From Eubacteriales bacterium (GTDB lineage Bacteria; Bacillota; Clostridia; Oscillospirales; SIG627): a stretch of DNA of 64,000 bases. This document shows, piece after piece, positions 1 to 9,440 of this stretch. The position numbers and the translations under genes were made by a program. A model generated the notes under the pieces. That model was given only the letters and a program-made list of their open reading frames with translations. It was not told the DNA's origin and searched no databases. The stretch's first letter is position 1. Every line of letters starts with the position of its first letter. The stretch covers positions 960-64,959 of the forward strand of contig JAZNRO010000124.1 of the NCBI GenBank assembly GCA_045590715.1, in the 5' to 3' direction.

Positions 1-2
1 AT

Positions 3-452
3 CACGGTAAGATCATCGCTTTCGAGCCTAATCCCAAAACCTTTTTAAAACTTGTAAACAACACGAAAGATATTGAAAATCTTGAAAACCTGCCTTATGC
101 GGCCTGGCACAAAGCAGAAACTCTTACTTTTAACGGAAAAAGCGGCAGAAGTGCCGCGGTTTCGGAAAGTGGCAAAATACAAGTAGAAGCAAGGGCGCTT
201 GGTGAAATTTGTGAGAAGTGCGACTTTATTAAATTTGACGTGGAAGGGGCGGAAAAAGAGGCCATTTTGGGGGCAAAGAATTTAATTCTAAAAGAAAAGC
301 CCTCTCTTTGCATCAGTGCTTATCACCGAAGCGAAGATATTTTTTCTCTTGCCATAGAGGTAAAAGAAATCATGCCGGAATACAAGGTTTATTTAAGGCA
401 CAGCCCATACATTCCCGCCTGGGACACCCAATTTTACTTTATTGGCAGATAA
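3..452 (+). CDS. FkbM-family methyltransferase, 5' end outside window
   Basis: Frame 3 is open from the window edge. The C-terminal half carries the FkbM-like motif CDFIKFDVEGAEKEAILGA. The listed ORF 240..452 is only its tail. Confidence 0.7.
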   Translation, partial: HGKIIAFEPNPKTFLKLVNNTKDIENLENLPYAAWHKAETLTFNGKSGRSAAVSESGKIQVEARALGEICEKCDFIKFDVEGAEKEAILGAKNLILKEKPSLCISAYHRSEDIFSLAIEVKEIMPEYKVYLRHSPYIPAWDTQFYFIGR

Positions 453-485
453 AAGGATTTGCACCTTTTGGTGCAAATCCTTTTT

Positions 486-1067
486 TTATAAGGTGACCTC
501 GTCAATATTTTTGGTAAAGGAAGAAATGTAATGAGAAAGGAAAAAGTCCACTTCGGGCATTTTCATTTCCTCTAAGGATGCTTTGTTATAGGTAGCGGCA
601 GAAGAAAACTCTCTGTTTCCTCTCTCCAGTTCCTGCAGACACTTAATATAAGCGCAAAGCTTATCCGCACCTTTGACGATCTTTTTCTCTTCAGGGGTAA
701 GGGTAAGAAGAGACTTGTATTCTTCTGCGGTATCCATATCCAGGAGAGAAAGCATTTTTTCCTGGCTGATGCGCTCAATTTCTTTATAAGATTCTTTGAT
801 GCCGTCGTTATAGTACTTGATGGGAGTAGGAAGATCCCCCGTCAGCACCTCATTCATATCGTGAAAAAGGGCGGCGGCAAGGATACGGTTGGGATCAAGA
901 TCCTTTCCGAAATGGCGGTTGCCGATGAGGGCAAGGGCGTGAGAGATCACGGCGCACTCCAAGGAATGCTCGCTTAAATTCTCCTGTCTGGTATTATACA
1001 TCAGCCCCCAACGGGCAATATTTTTCATTTGAAATAAAAGGGCGTAAAAATCACCGTTATTTTTCAT
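486..1067 (-). CDS. yfbR: HD-domain 5'-deoxynucleotidase, YfbR family
   Basis: 193 aa. RWGLMYNTRQENLSEHSLECAVISHALA and FHDMNEVLTGDLPTPIKY closely match E. coli YfbR motifs as I recall them. Confidence 0.8.
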   Translation of the reverse strand: MKNNGDFYALLFQMKNIARWGLMYNTRQENLSEHSLECAVISHALALIGNRHFGKDLDPNRILAAALFHDMNEVLTGDLPTPIKYYNDGIKESYKEIERISQEKMLSLLDMDTAEEYKSLLTLTPEEKKIVKGADKLCAYIKCLQELERGNREFSSAATYNKASLEEMKMPEVDFFLSHYISSFTKNIDEVTL

Positions 1068-1068
1068 A

Positions 1069-1992
1069 TTACAATTCCTTTTCTTCTTTGATCTTTTCTG
1101 CGATCTTTGTTAGTTTCTGAAACCTGTGATTCAGGCCGGATTTGGTAATCTCTTCCTCCGAAAAGCGACACAGTTCCACAAGGCTTACTTCCGGCATGGA
1201 AAGACGAAGCTTTGCGGCCTTCTGAAGGGGCTCGGAAAGGGTCTCCAAAACGCCCTCCTCTTCCAAAAAGCGGATAGCAGAAATCACGCTTTGGGAACCG
1301 TTAATGGCTCTTTTCATATTGGCGTTATCAAAATTCTGTCTGCGGTTGAGATTGGCGCGGATCTCTTTATCAATTCTCAGATCCATCAGATTCAAAGAAA
1401 ATTTCTGTGCGCCCATCAGGGAAAGCAGATCTTCTATCATGGTGCTTTCCTTTAAGTACAAAATGATTTTGTCCCCTTCTTTTCCCTCTTTCAAAGAGAC
1501 ACCAAAGCCTAAAAGAACTTCGCAAAGTTCCTTTGCGGCTCTTTCATTCTGGGGACGGAAGGCGGCGTGATAACCTTTTTGGGGGTCTAAAATGGTGCCG
1601 CAGGAAAGGTAAGCGGCACGAACGTACAAAATGCGACAACGGTCGCAGGAAGAATGAAACGTCTTTTCCGTTTCTTTTAAAACTCGCTCTTTTGCCTCCA
1701 ACGGAAGGGATAAAATAGCACCCAGACGGTTACCCCGATCTCTTTTCAACACCTTCGCTTCCATATCAAAGGTGCGGATCAAAAGAAAGGCAATCAGTTC
1801 CAAAAAAGCTTCCCGATCGGAAGAAAGAACGGTTTTTCCCTCTTCTTCCTTGGCTAAAAACAAAAAGACACTGCGAAGAAAAGAGTGTGCGCAACACTCT
1901 TTCCATTTCACTCTTTCTTTTTCACCGAATCCCAGTTCTTCAAAGCTTTTCTCACAGAGAAAGGACTTCACCGAGGATGAGAAGCGTTCCAT
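1069..1992 (-). CDS. whiA: DNA-binding sporulation/cell-division regulator WhiA
   Basis: 307 aa with a LAGLIDADG-like middle and a C-terminal HTH (SLVELCRFSEEEITKSGLNHRFQKL), next to hprK/murB as is usual in Firmicutes. Confidence 0.88.
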   Translation of the reverse strand: MERFSSSVKSFLCEKSFEELGFGEKERVKWKECCAHSFLRSVFLFLAKEEEGKTVLSSDREAFLELIAFLLIRTFDMEAKVLKRDRGNRLGAILSLPLEAKERVLKETEKTFHSSCDRCRILYVRAAYLSCGTILDPQKGYHAAFRPQNERAAKELCEVLLGFGVSLKEGKEGDKIILYLKESTMIEDLLSLMGAQKFSLNLMDLRIDKEIRANLNRRQNFDNANMKRAINGSQSVISAIRFLEEEGVLETLSEPLQKAAKLRLSMPEVSLVELCRFSEEEITKSGLNHRFQKLTKIAEKIKEEKEL

Positions 1993-2007
1993 ATCAAAAC
2001 TCCAGAT

Positions 2008-2934
2008 TTATTCGATTACCCGAACCTCGCACTGAATACAAAGTCCGTTTTTTTCAAAAATGGTTTTCTTTACAAGATCAATTAAAGCGAAAATATCACT
2101 GCTTTTGGCGTTATCGTAATTGATTACAAATCCCGCGTGCTTTTCACTGACCATAGCACCGCCCACTCTCTTTCCCTTTAGGCCCGCTTCGTCGATCATC
2201 TGAGCGGTAAAATGCCCTTCGCAGCGCTTAAAGGTACTGCCGGCACTGGGGAAATTAAGCGGTTGTTTTTCCCTTCTTCTTTCCATAAAGTCATCCATTT
2301 TACTTCGGATCTCTTTCGGATCTCCGGCTATCAGATCAAAGGTAGCGGAAAGAATGATGCCGCCGTTTTTCTGGAAGATGCTTGTTCTGTAACCCATTTC
2401 CAGTTTTTCCAGTGGCAAATCTTCTACCTTTCCTTCTTCCGTAAGATAGGTAACAAAAGAAAGCACGTCAGCACATTCTCCGCCGTAGGCACCGGCATTC
2501 ATAAATACCGCTCCGCCTACCGTACCGGGAATACCGTAAAAGGTTTCCATACCGGAAAGGCCGTTTTTCTGGGCAAAAAGGGAAAGAGCGGTAAAGGATG
2601 CACCGCAGTCTGCCGTAATCCGATTTCCTTCCGCTTTTGTTTCGGAAAGACGGGTCAGGGACAAAATAAGACCGTCATAGCCTTCGTCCTTTGCGATCAC
2701 GTTAGAACCAAAGCCCAATACAAAAAAGGGGATCCGGTTTTCCTTCAGCAAGGGATAGAAAGACACCAGAAATTCTTTTGTATTCGGATAGAGTACCGGA
2801 GCGGGACCGCCGGTACGGAAAGTGGTAAGGGCAGAAAGGGGCTGACTTTCCGCAAAGGTATAATCACCGGAGGAAAACTTGCCCTCTGCCTCTCCCCTTT
2901 TGAGAAGCGCGCGTACGTTCTCTACTACATTCAT
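2008..2934 (-). CDS. murB: UDP-N-acetylenolpyruvoylglucosamine reductase
   Basis: FAD-binding MurB motifs (TFRTGGPA, GFGSNV, PGTVGGAVFMNAGAYG). ATG at 2934 preferred because GGAGA lies 5 nt upstream; the track ORF starts at a TTG at 2946. Confidence 0.9.
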   Translation of the reverse strand: MNVVENVRALLKRGEAEGKFSSGDYTFAESQPLSALTTFRTGGPAPVLYPNTKEFLVSFYPLLKENRIPFFVLGFGSNVIAKDEGYDGLILSLTRLSETKAEGNRITADCGASFTALSLFAQKNGLSGMETFYGIPGTVGGAVFMNAGAYGGECADVLSFVTYLTEEGKVEDLPLEKLEMGYRTSIFQKNGGIILSATFDLIAGDPKEIRSKMDDFMERRREKQPLNFPSAGSTFKRCEGHFTAQMIDEAGLKGKRVGGAMVSEKHAGFVINYDNAKSSDIFALIDLVKKTIFEKNGLCIQCEVRVIE

Positions 2935-2936
2935 AC

Positions 2937-3890
2937 TTATCTCCAAAGAAGCGCGGCACCTACGATGCCGGCATCATTTCCCAGTTCTGCTTTTTTCAGT
3001 ACCGTTTTTACTTTGCAGTTTCTGGAATACTGTTCTCTCTCTAAAATTTCTCTCACGGGAGCAAGAAGTGCTTCTCCCTCTCCGGACACACCACCGCCTA
3101 CGCAGAGTACATCCGGCTGAAAAATATTGACTACGTTGGTAAGACCTATTGCCAGATAACGGATAAAGCGGTCAACGACCCGTTTTCCTCCCTCATCGCC
3201 TTGACGCTGGGCCTGGAAAGCAGTTCTTGCACCGGCATTTTCTATTTTTCCGTCGCAAAGAGTCCACATCAGACTCTCTTTGCTATTTTCCATTTCTTCC
3301 CTTGTCATACGAATAAGAGCCGTAGCGGAACTATACGCTTCGAAGCAGCCTTTTCTACCACAGGAGCAAGGCACCCCGTCTGCTTCGATCACCATATGGC
3401 CCATTTCAGCCGTAGCGGGATTACATCCGGATAAAGGCTTGCCCTTGAGGATCACACCGCAGCCTACGCCGGTACCAAGGGTAATGCAGATACAGCTATT
3501 CATTCCTTTTCCGGCGCCTACCTCTGCTTCGCCTTTTGCGGCACAGGTGGCGTCGTTTTCAAGACCGACGCGAGAAAGACCGGTACGGGCCTTCAAATCC
3601 TCAGCAATGGGAAAATCCACAAAAGCGGGAAGATTACAGGAATACTCTATCACGCCCTTTTCGGTATCGCAAATGCCGGGAGCGGCAATGCCGCAAAAGC
3701 CCACTTCTTCTTTCGAAATACCGGAAGCTGAAATAAGGCCCAAAACAAGACTTGCCATATCTGCCATAATAGCAGAAGCCTCTCGCTGAGCGCCGGTTTT
3801 GCATTTCTGCTTTAACAAGATATTGCCGTTTTCGTCTACCAGACCTGCGGCAATATTGGTTCCGCCTAAATCAATGCCGATCGAATACAT
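2937..3890 (-). CDS. glcK: ROK-family glucokinase
   Basis: N-terminal IGIDLGGTNIAAG ATPase motif and the ROK Cys cluster (CSCGRKGCFE). Confidence 0.82.
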   Translation of the reverse strand: MYSIGIDLGGTNIAAGLVDENGNILLKQKCKTGAQREASAIMADMASLVLGLISASGISKEEVGFCGIAAPGICDTEKGVIEYSCNLPAFVDFPIAEDLKARTGLSRVGLENDATCAAKGEAEVGAGKGMNSCICITLGTGVGCGVILKGKPLSGCNPATAEMGHMVIEADGVPCSCGRKGCFEAYSSATALIRMTREEMENSKESLMWTLCDGKIENAGARTAFQAQRQGDEGGKRVVDRFIRYLAIGLTNVVNIFQPDVLCVGGGVSGEGEALLAPVREILEREQYSRNCKVKTVLKKAELGNDAGIVGAALLWR

Positions 3891-3891
3891 T

Positions 3892-4827
3892 TTATTCTCC
3901 TTTCAGGCTCTTTGTGATTCTTTCTTCCAATTCCTGGGCAGTATTAAAGCCCATTAGTCTTTGGCGCATATTCATCGTAGCGATCTCGATAATGAGCGCA
4001 AGGTTTCGGCCGGGACGGACGGGAATGGTAACGGAAGGAATGCGGATACCCATCAGTTCCGTGTATTCCATATCCATACCAAGGCGTTCGTAGAATTTTC
4101 CCTGTTCCCAAGGCTCGAGATTGATAATAAGCTCAATTTTTTCCGTATCTTTTACCGCGCCCATACCGAAGAGTCTGCGCACGTCTACCACGCCGATACC
4201 ACGAAGCTCCACGTAATAACGGATGGTTTCGGGAGCGGAGCCTACCAGGGTAATATCGGAGACCTTTTTGATCTCCACCGCATCGTCCGCGATCAGACGG
4301 TGTCCTCTTTTTACAAGGTCAATGGCGGTTTCACTTTTACCTACTCCGCTATCGCCCAGCAGCAGAACGCCTTCGCCGTATACTTCTACCAAAACGCCGT
4401 GACGGGTGATTCTTTCCGCCAGGGCAACGTTCAAAGCGGAGATCAGGGCTGACATAAAGTAAGAAGTATCTTTATGGGTGGAGAGGATCGGTACGCCGTA
4501 GGTCTTGGCATACTCTAAGGTAATGGGAAGAACCTGTCTTCCGTGACACACCACCACACAGCAGGGCTTCTGGGAAATCAGCGACCAAATGGCTTCGTTT
4601 CTTTGTTCTACGGACAAAGACTCCAGGTAGTCGTATTCCGTTTTACCCAAAATCTGAATTCTGTCCGGGTCAAAACATTCGTGAAAACCCGCAAGAAAGA
4701 GGCCGGGACGGTTGATCTCCTTATGATAGATCTTTCTATCCCGATGTTCTTCTTCCAGATAAACGGTTTTCAGCTTCAGTTTGTCAATAATCTCGCTAAG
4801 CTTAATAAAATACTTCTGTTCAGACAT
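3892..4827 (-). CDS. hprK: HPr kinase/phosphorylase
   Basis: 311 aa. Walker A LLLGDSGVGKSETAIDL and the HprK signature ADD..E are present. Confidence 0.92.
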   Translation of the reverse strand: MSEQKYFIKLSEIIDKLKLKTVYLEEEHRDRKIYHKEINRPGLFLAGFHECFDPDRIQILGKTEYDYLESLSVEQRNEAIWSLISQKPCCVVVCHGRQVLPITLEYAKTYGVPILSTHKDTSYFMSALISALNVALAERITRHGVLVEVYGEGVLLLGDSGVGKSETAIDLVKRGHRLIADDAVEIKKVSDITLVGSAPETIRYYVELRGIGVVDVRRLFGMGAVKDTEKIELIINLEPWEQGKFYERLGMDMEYTELMGIRIPSVTIPVRPGRNLALIIEIATMNMRQRLMGFNTAQELEERITKSLKGE

Positions 4828-4945
4828 ACCGGATCTCCTTTATCTATATATCTTATAAAATTTTATCACAAAAGAAAAACAAATTCAAGGCTTAGCATAA
4901 ATTCTAAAAAGAAAAAGCAAACTATAAGAAAAAAGGAGTTCAGTG

Positions 4946-5116
4946 ATGAAAAAAATTAAAATCAATCCCAAAGACAGAAAACCCCGTCCGGTATTTGAAA
5001 CGGGGCCCAGCGATATGATCCGCTTCCCTCCCAGCAAAACCGATCCGGAAGGCTGGTACACCGGTCTTCCCCTGGATTTCAAGGATCGCCCCACGCAGGA
5101 CGCAGATGATCTGTAA
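4946..5116 (+). CDS. Small hypothetical protein, 56 aa (not in ORF track)
   Basis: ATG preceded by AAGGAG 7 nt upstream and followed by a terminator hairpin. Translation: MKKIKINPKDRKPRPVFETGPSDMIRFPPSKTDPEGWYTGLPLDFKDRPTQDADDL. Confidence 0.5.
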   Translation: MKKIKINPKDRKPRPVFETGPSDMIRFPPSKTDPEGWYTGLPLDFKDRPTQDADDL

Positions 5117-5119
5117 AAT

Positions 5120-5157
5120 AAGCGGCGCACAAATTTTGCGCCGCAATTTGTTTTCTT
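5120..5157 (+). terminator. Intrinsic terminator after the 56-aa ORF
   Basis: GCGGCGC / GCGCCGC stem (5122-5144) followed by a T-rich tract. Confidence 0.6.
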
Positions 5158-5206
5158 ATAGCTTTGTAAAAAAAATACTTGATTTTTTTAAAAAAGGAGT
5201 GATATA

Positions 5207-5788
5207 ATGGAAAAAAGTTCCATAGTATTGAAGGAGGAAACCCCCGTGAAAGAAAACAAATACGCCGGTACTCAGACCGAAAAGAACCTGGAAGCCGCTT
5301 TTGCCGGTGAAAGCCAGGCAAGAAACAAGTATACCTACTTTGCATCCGTTGCCAAAAAAGAAGGCTACGAGCAGATCTCCGCTTTGTTTCTGAAAACTGC
5401 AGACAATGAAAAAGAACATGCAAAAATGTGGCTGAAGGAACTGAATGGCATCGGCAGCACCGATGAAAATCTGAAGGCCGCTGCAGAAGGCGAAAACTAC
5501 GAGTGGACCGATATGTACGAAGGCTTTGCCAAGACCGCGGAAGAAGAAGGCTTTACCGATCTTGCCGCAAAATTCCGTCTGGTTGCCGCCGTTGAAAAGC
5601 ATCACGAAGAGCGCTATCGCAAACTTCTTGAAAACGTAGAAACCGCCGCTGTATTCGAAAAGAGCGAAGTAAAAGTATGGGAATGCCGCAACTGCGGACA
5701 CATTATGGTAGGTACCAAAGCCCCCGAAATTTGTCCCACCTGCGCTCATCCCAAGGCATTTTTCGAAATTCATCTGGAAAATTATTAA
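5207..5788 (+). CDS. rbr: Rubrerythrin
   Basis: Ferritin-like diiron N-domain ([14 protein letters not shown]) plus a C-terminal rubredoxin CxxC...CxxC (CRNCG...CPTCAHP). AAGGAG RBS. Confidence 0.92.
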   Translation: MEKSSIVLKEETPVKENKYAGTQTEKNLEAAFAGESQARNKYTYFASVAKKEGYEQISALFLKTADNEKEHAKMWLKELNGIGSTDENLKAAAEGENYEWTDMYEGFAKTAEEEGFTDLAAKFRLVAAVEKHHEERYRKLLENVETAAVFEKSEVKVWECRNCGHIMVGTKAPEICPTCAHPKAFFEIHLENY

Positions 5789-5804
5789 TTCCCCTTGTCA
5801 ATTG

Positions 5805-5833
5805 TTGACAAAATTCACATTTTCCGATACAAT
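5805..5833 (+). promoter_or_regulatory. Sigma-A-like promoter upstream of mgtC
   Basis: TTGACA (5805-5810), 17 nt spacer, TACAAT (5828-5833). Confidence 0.5.
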
Positions 5834-5850
5834 AGAAGTATAAGAGTAAA

Positions 5851-5892
5851 AGATGCAAGAGAAGTTTGCTCCTTGCATCTTTTCCTTTTCCT
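5851..5892 (+). terminator. Terminator-like hairpin (rbr terminator and/or mgtC leader attenuator)
   Basis: AGATGCAAGAG / CTCCTTGCATCT stem followed by TTTCCTTTTCC. It lies downstream of the promoter-like element above. Confidence 0.5.
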
Positions 5893-5930
5893 AAAAACTT
5901 TCATTTCAAAACATACATAAGGAGATTTTT

Positions 5931-6608
5931 ATGCCTTTTTGCATTTTTTCCAACGAGCTAAACAGCCTTATGGGCATTTTAGAAGTTGCTTTCCGCTGTC
6001 TGGTAGCCGTTTTGGTAGGTCTTTTCATCGGTATGGAGCGTGCCCGTCACGGCCGTGCCGCCGGTATGCGTACCCACGTTTTGGTATGTCTTGGCTCTGC
6101 TATTACCGCTATGACCGGTATTTACGTCAACGAGATCACCGGCGGCGGTGACGTTCTCCGTCTGGCTGCCCAGGTAATCAGCGGCGTAGGTTTCCTTGGT
6201 GCCGGTATGATCATCCTGAAAAACGATAATATGATCATGGGTCTTACCACTGCCGCAGGCGTATGGGCTACCTCAACTTTGGGTATTGCCGTAGGCTACG
6301 GTTTTTACAGCGGTGCTCTCATCGGCGCATTCCTGTTTTTGGTTGCCTTGATGCTCTTTGCAAAATTTGAGAGAAGAAAGAAAAACACCCTGGTGATCTA
6401 CGTTGAGATCAGTGATATGGAAAAATTCAATACCTTTATGGAGCAAGTAAAAGCCGCTTGTCCCTGCGAACCCGTATTCCGTGTTTACGCGCCTATTACA
6501 AATTGCACGGGACACATTGGAATTGACGTAGTAATGGATCGAAGAAAAGCACTTTCTTACACCGATTTTCTGGAATTTGACGGCGTAGTATTTGCTTACG
6601 AGGCGTAA
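5931..6608 (+). CDS. mgtC: MgtC/SapB-family membrane protein
   Basis: 225 aa. MgtC motif GLFIGMERARHGRAAGMRTHVLVCLGSA, several TM helices, soluble C-terminal domain. AAGGAG RBS. Confidence 0.85.
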   Translation: MPFCIFSNELNSLMGILEVAFRCLVAVLVGLFIGMERARHGRAAGMRTHVLVCLGSAITAMTGIYVNEITGGGDVLRLAAQVISGVGFLGAGMIILKNDNMIMGLTTAAGVWATSTLGIAVGYGFYSGALIGAFLFLVALMLFAKFERRKKNTLVIYVEISDMEKFNTFMEQVKAACPCEPVFRVYAPITNCTGHIGIDVVMDRRKALSYTDFLEFDGVVFAYEA

Positions 6609-6610
6609 AA

Positions 6611-7405
6611 GTGGAACAAATCAAAAAGATAAAGCTTTTTCTATTTGATATGGACGGTACCCTATATTTAGGTGACCGTCTTTTCCCTTTTACAAAGGAA
6701 CTTTTAAATTTTATCCGAAAAAGCGGGAGAGATTATCTCTTTACCACCAACAATTCTTCCAAAAGCACCGGGGACTACGTAAAAAAGCTTCAGAAACTGG
6801 GAATTCCTTGCACCGAAGATGACTTCTTTACCTCTTCCCACGCCACCATTGATTATTTAAATGAAAACCATAAGGGAAAGACCCTATACGTTTGCGGTAC
6901 GGCTTCTTTCAAAGAGCAACTTTCGTCTGCCGGCTTTTCTCTTACGGAAAAGAGAGAAGAAACAGAATGCATCGTAATGGGATTTGATACGGAGCTAAAT
7001 TTCAAGAAGCTTTCCGACGTAAGTAGGATGCTTTGCGAAAATCCTTCTCTTCCCTATATTGCCACAAATCCGGATCTTGTATGTCCCACGGAATTCGGCA
7101 GTGTTCCGGACTGCGGCAGTGTTTGTGAAATGATCTTCAACGCCACCGGCAAAAGACCCGTGGTCATCGGAAAGCCCGACAAAAGAATGATGCTCCTTGC
7201 GGCTCAAAAAAAGGGCGCGCCGAAAGAGGAATGCGCCGTTGTGGGCGACCACATCTACACCGATATTAAAAGCGGCCTGAACGCCGGTATTTTCTCCATT
7301 CTCGTTATGAGCGGAGAAACCACAAAGGAGGTCTTATCCGCATCCAAGGAAAAGCCGGATCTTATTATAAATGATGCCGGCGAACTTATGGGCTTACTGC
7401 AATAA
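6611..7405 (+). CDS. HAD-IIA family hydrolase (NagD-like sugar phosphatase)
   Basis: GTG start with GAGG upstream. HAD motif I FLFDMDGTLY, TTNNSSKS, and C-terminal GDHIYTDI. Confidence 0.8.
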   Translation: MEQIKKIKLFLFDMDGTLYLGDRLFPFTKELLNFIRKSGRDYLFTTNNSSKSTGDYVKKLQKLGIPCTEDDFFTSSHATIDYLNENHKGKTLYVCGTASFKEQLSSAGFSLTEKREETECIVMGFDTELNFKKLSDVSRMLCENPSLPYIATNPDLVCPTEFGSVPDCGSVCEMIFNATGKRPVVIGKPDKRMMLLAAQKKGAPKEECAVVGDHIYTDIKSGLNAGIFSILVMSGETTKEVLSASKEKPDLIINDAGELMGLLQ

Positions 7406-7433
7406 AAAAACCACCCCTTTGGGTGGTTTTCTT
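7404..7433. terminator. Bidirectional intrinsic terminator
   Basis: A-run, CCACCC-CTTT-GGGTGG hairpin, T-run, between convergent genes. Confidence 0.7.
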
Positions 7434-7440
7434 CCATAGG

Positions 7441-8232
7441 TTATTTATGAATTTTCATTTTCTTCCGGTACTGAAGCGGGGTCATTTCCATCACCTCGCG
7501 AAATACCCGGTTAAAGGTACGGACGGAGGAGAAACCGGAATTTAAGGCAACGTCTGTAATACTGTCGTTTTTCTCCAATAGTTCGCAGGCGCGGTTGACA
7601 CGGAGAAAAGAAAGAAAATCATGAAAACTGATCTCCATTCTCTTGCGGAACAAATGGGAGATATAATACTTATTTAAGAACAATTCCCGGGATAAAATTT
7701 CCAGGGTGATTTCTTCCGTGAAATGCTGGGCGCAATAGGTCAGGATCTTTTGCATACTGTCATAATCCAGCGGATCTTCCTCATACTCAAACAAGGGAAG
7801 GATGCGGGATAAAAAAGAAAGAAAATTCCCCATTGCGTGAAGCTTTAAATAAGGATCGCCACTTCTCTTTTTCGTATAAATATCAAAAAGATCTTCTTCC
7901 GGATCACCGGAAAGTTTTGCTGACTCAATCACCGGCAAAGAGGGGATCCTACCGGAAAGAAGCTTATTCAGCTGAGGTGTCAGAGCCGCAGAAAAGATCA
8001 TAACGTAGGCCTTGACCGGCCCTTCTGTCAAATAAGAATGGATCTGATTGGGGAAGGCTAAAAACAGATCTCCCGCTTTCATTTCATATTTTTTTCGGTC
8101 GCACTGAGCCTCTACCTTTCCTTCACACACATATACCATTTCCAAATGGTTATGAATGTGAGGAACGGATCCGAGAGAACGGACCTGGCCGATATAATAG
8201 GGGTATGTTTTATGCTCTACAAAATAACTCAT
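7441..8232 (-). CDS. AraC-family transcriptional regulator (cupin + HTH)
   Basis: N-terminal cupin-like sensor and a C-terminal AraC HTH (ITDVALNSGFSSVRTFNRVFRE). Divergent from the downstream operon. Confidence 0.85.
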   Translation of the reverse strand: MSYFVEHKTYPYYIGQVRSLGSVPHIHNHLEMVYVCEGKVEAQCDRKKYEMKAGDLFLAFPNQIHSYLTEGPVKAYVMIFSAALTPQLNKLLSGRIPSLPVIESAKLSGDPEEDLFDIYTKKRSGDPYLKLHAMGNFLSFLSRILPLFEYEEDPLDYDSMQKILTYCAQHFTEEITLEILSRELFLNKYYISHLFRKRMEISFHDFLSFLRVNRACELLEKNDSITDVALNSGFSSVRTFNRVFREVMEMTPLQYRKKMKIHK

Positions 8233-8345
8233 ACTTCTCCTATGCGCAAAAATTGACTATTTTTTTCATCCTTGTGACGAGCATTATACAAGATATTTGT
8301 TAAAATGTAAATAGAAAATAAAAATATCTTGGAGGGTATTTTAAA

Positions 8346-9440
8346 ATGGATGAGAAAAAAACTGTAAACGAAACCTTGAAAACTGTTCCCGTAGCCGTTG
8401 TAGGATACGGCGGAATGGGAAAATGGCACACCGAACGTTTGGACGAGTGTGAAGGCCTGGAATGTGCCGGTATCGTAGACATCCGCGAAAGCAGATGCAA
8501 GCTGGCAGAAGAAAACGGCCGCAGAGTTTACAAGGACCTGGATGAACTCTTAAAGGACGACAGCGTAAAGCTGGTTACCGTTGCTACTCCCAACCACCTG
8601 CACAAAGAACTGTGTATCAAACTGATGGAAAACGGTAAAAACGTTATTTGCGAAAAGCCCGTTGCCATGAACTGCGAGGAACTGGACGAAATGATAGAAA
8701 CCGCAAAGCGCTGCGGCGTATACTTTACCGTTCACCAGAACCGCCGTTGGGACAAAGACTTTTTGATCGTAAAGAAATTCTGGGATGAAAACACCCTGGG
8801 CAGAATCTTCCGCATCGAATCCCGTACCCACGGTAGCCGCGGTATTCCCGGTGACTGGCGCAATAAGAAAGAATTCGGCGGCGGTATGCTCATGGACTGG
8901 GGCGTTCACCTTTTGGACCAGATCCTGATCATGCTTCCGGAACATAAGATCGTATCCGTTTACGCACAGATGACCAACGTAACAAACGAAGACTGTGACG
9001 ACGGCTTCACCGCGCAGATCACCTTTGAAAACGATCTTCTGATAGAAGTACAGGTAAGCACCAGCAACTTCATTGCTCTCCCCCGCTGGTACGTGCTGGG
9101 TGAAAACGGCTCTGCCGTTATTGAAAACTTTAAGCGTGACGGTAAGATCGTAATGGTTTCCGACTGGGAAAACCGCGATGCAGTTCCCGTAAATACGGCA
9201 GCCGGCCTTACCAAGACCATGGCTCCCAGAACCGCTGATACCATTCAGGAATATCCCCTTCCCACCGTTCAGAGCGATATTCACGACTATTACTACAATA
9301 TGGCAAACGTTGTTCGCGGAACCGAAACTCCCATCGTAAAACCCGAAGAAGTAAAACGTGTATTCCGCTTAATGGAAGCCATTATCAAGTCCCACGAAAC
9401 CGGTCAGGTCATTTACGACTTTGACACCCCCGTAAAATAA
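8346..9440 (+). CDS. Gfo/Idh/MocA-family NAD(P)-dependent oxidoreductase
   Basis: Rossmann N-terminus VAVVGYGGMGKWH and the EKP motif (ICEKPVAMN) typical of the family. Confidence 0.88.
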   Translation: MDEKKTVNETLKTVPVAVVGYGGMGKWHTERLDECEGLECAGIVDIRESRCKLAEENGRRVYKDLDELLKDDSVKLVTVATPNHLHKELCIKLMENGKNVICEKPVAMNCEELDEMIETAKRCGVYFTVHQNRRWDKDFLIVKKFWDENTLGRIFRIESRTHGSRGIPGDWRNKKEFGGGMLMDWGVHLLDQILIMLPEHKIVSVYAQMTNVTNEDCDDGFTAQITFENDLLIEVQVSTSNFIALPRWYVLGENGSAVIENFKRDGKIVMVSDWENRDAVPVNTAAGLTKTMAPRTADTIQEYPLPTVQSDIHDYYYNMANVVRGTETPIVKPEEVKRVFRLMEAIIKSHETGQVIYDFDTPVK

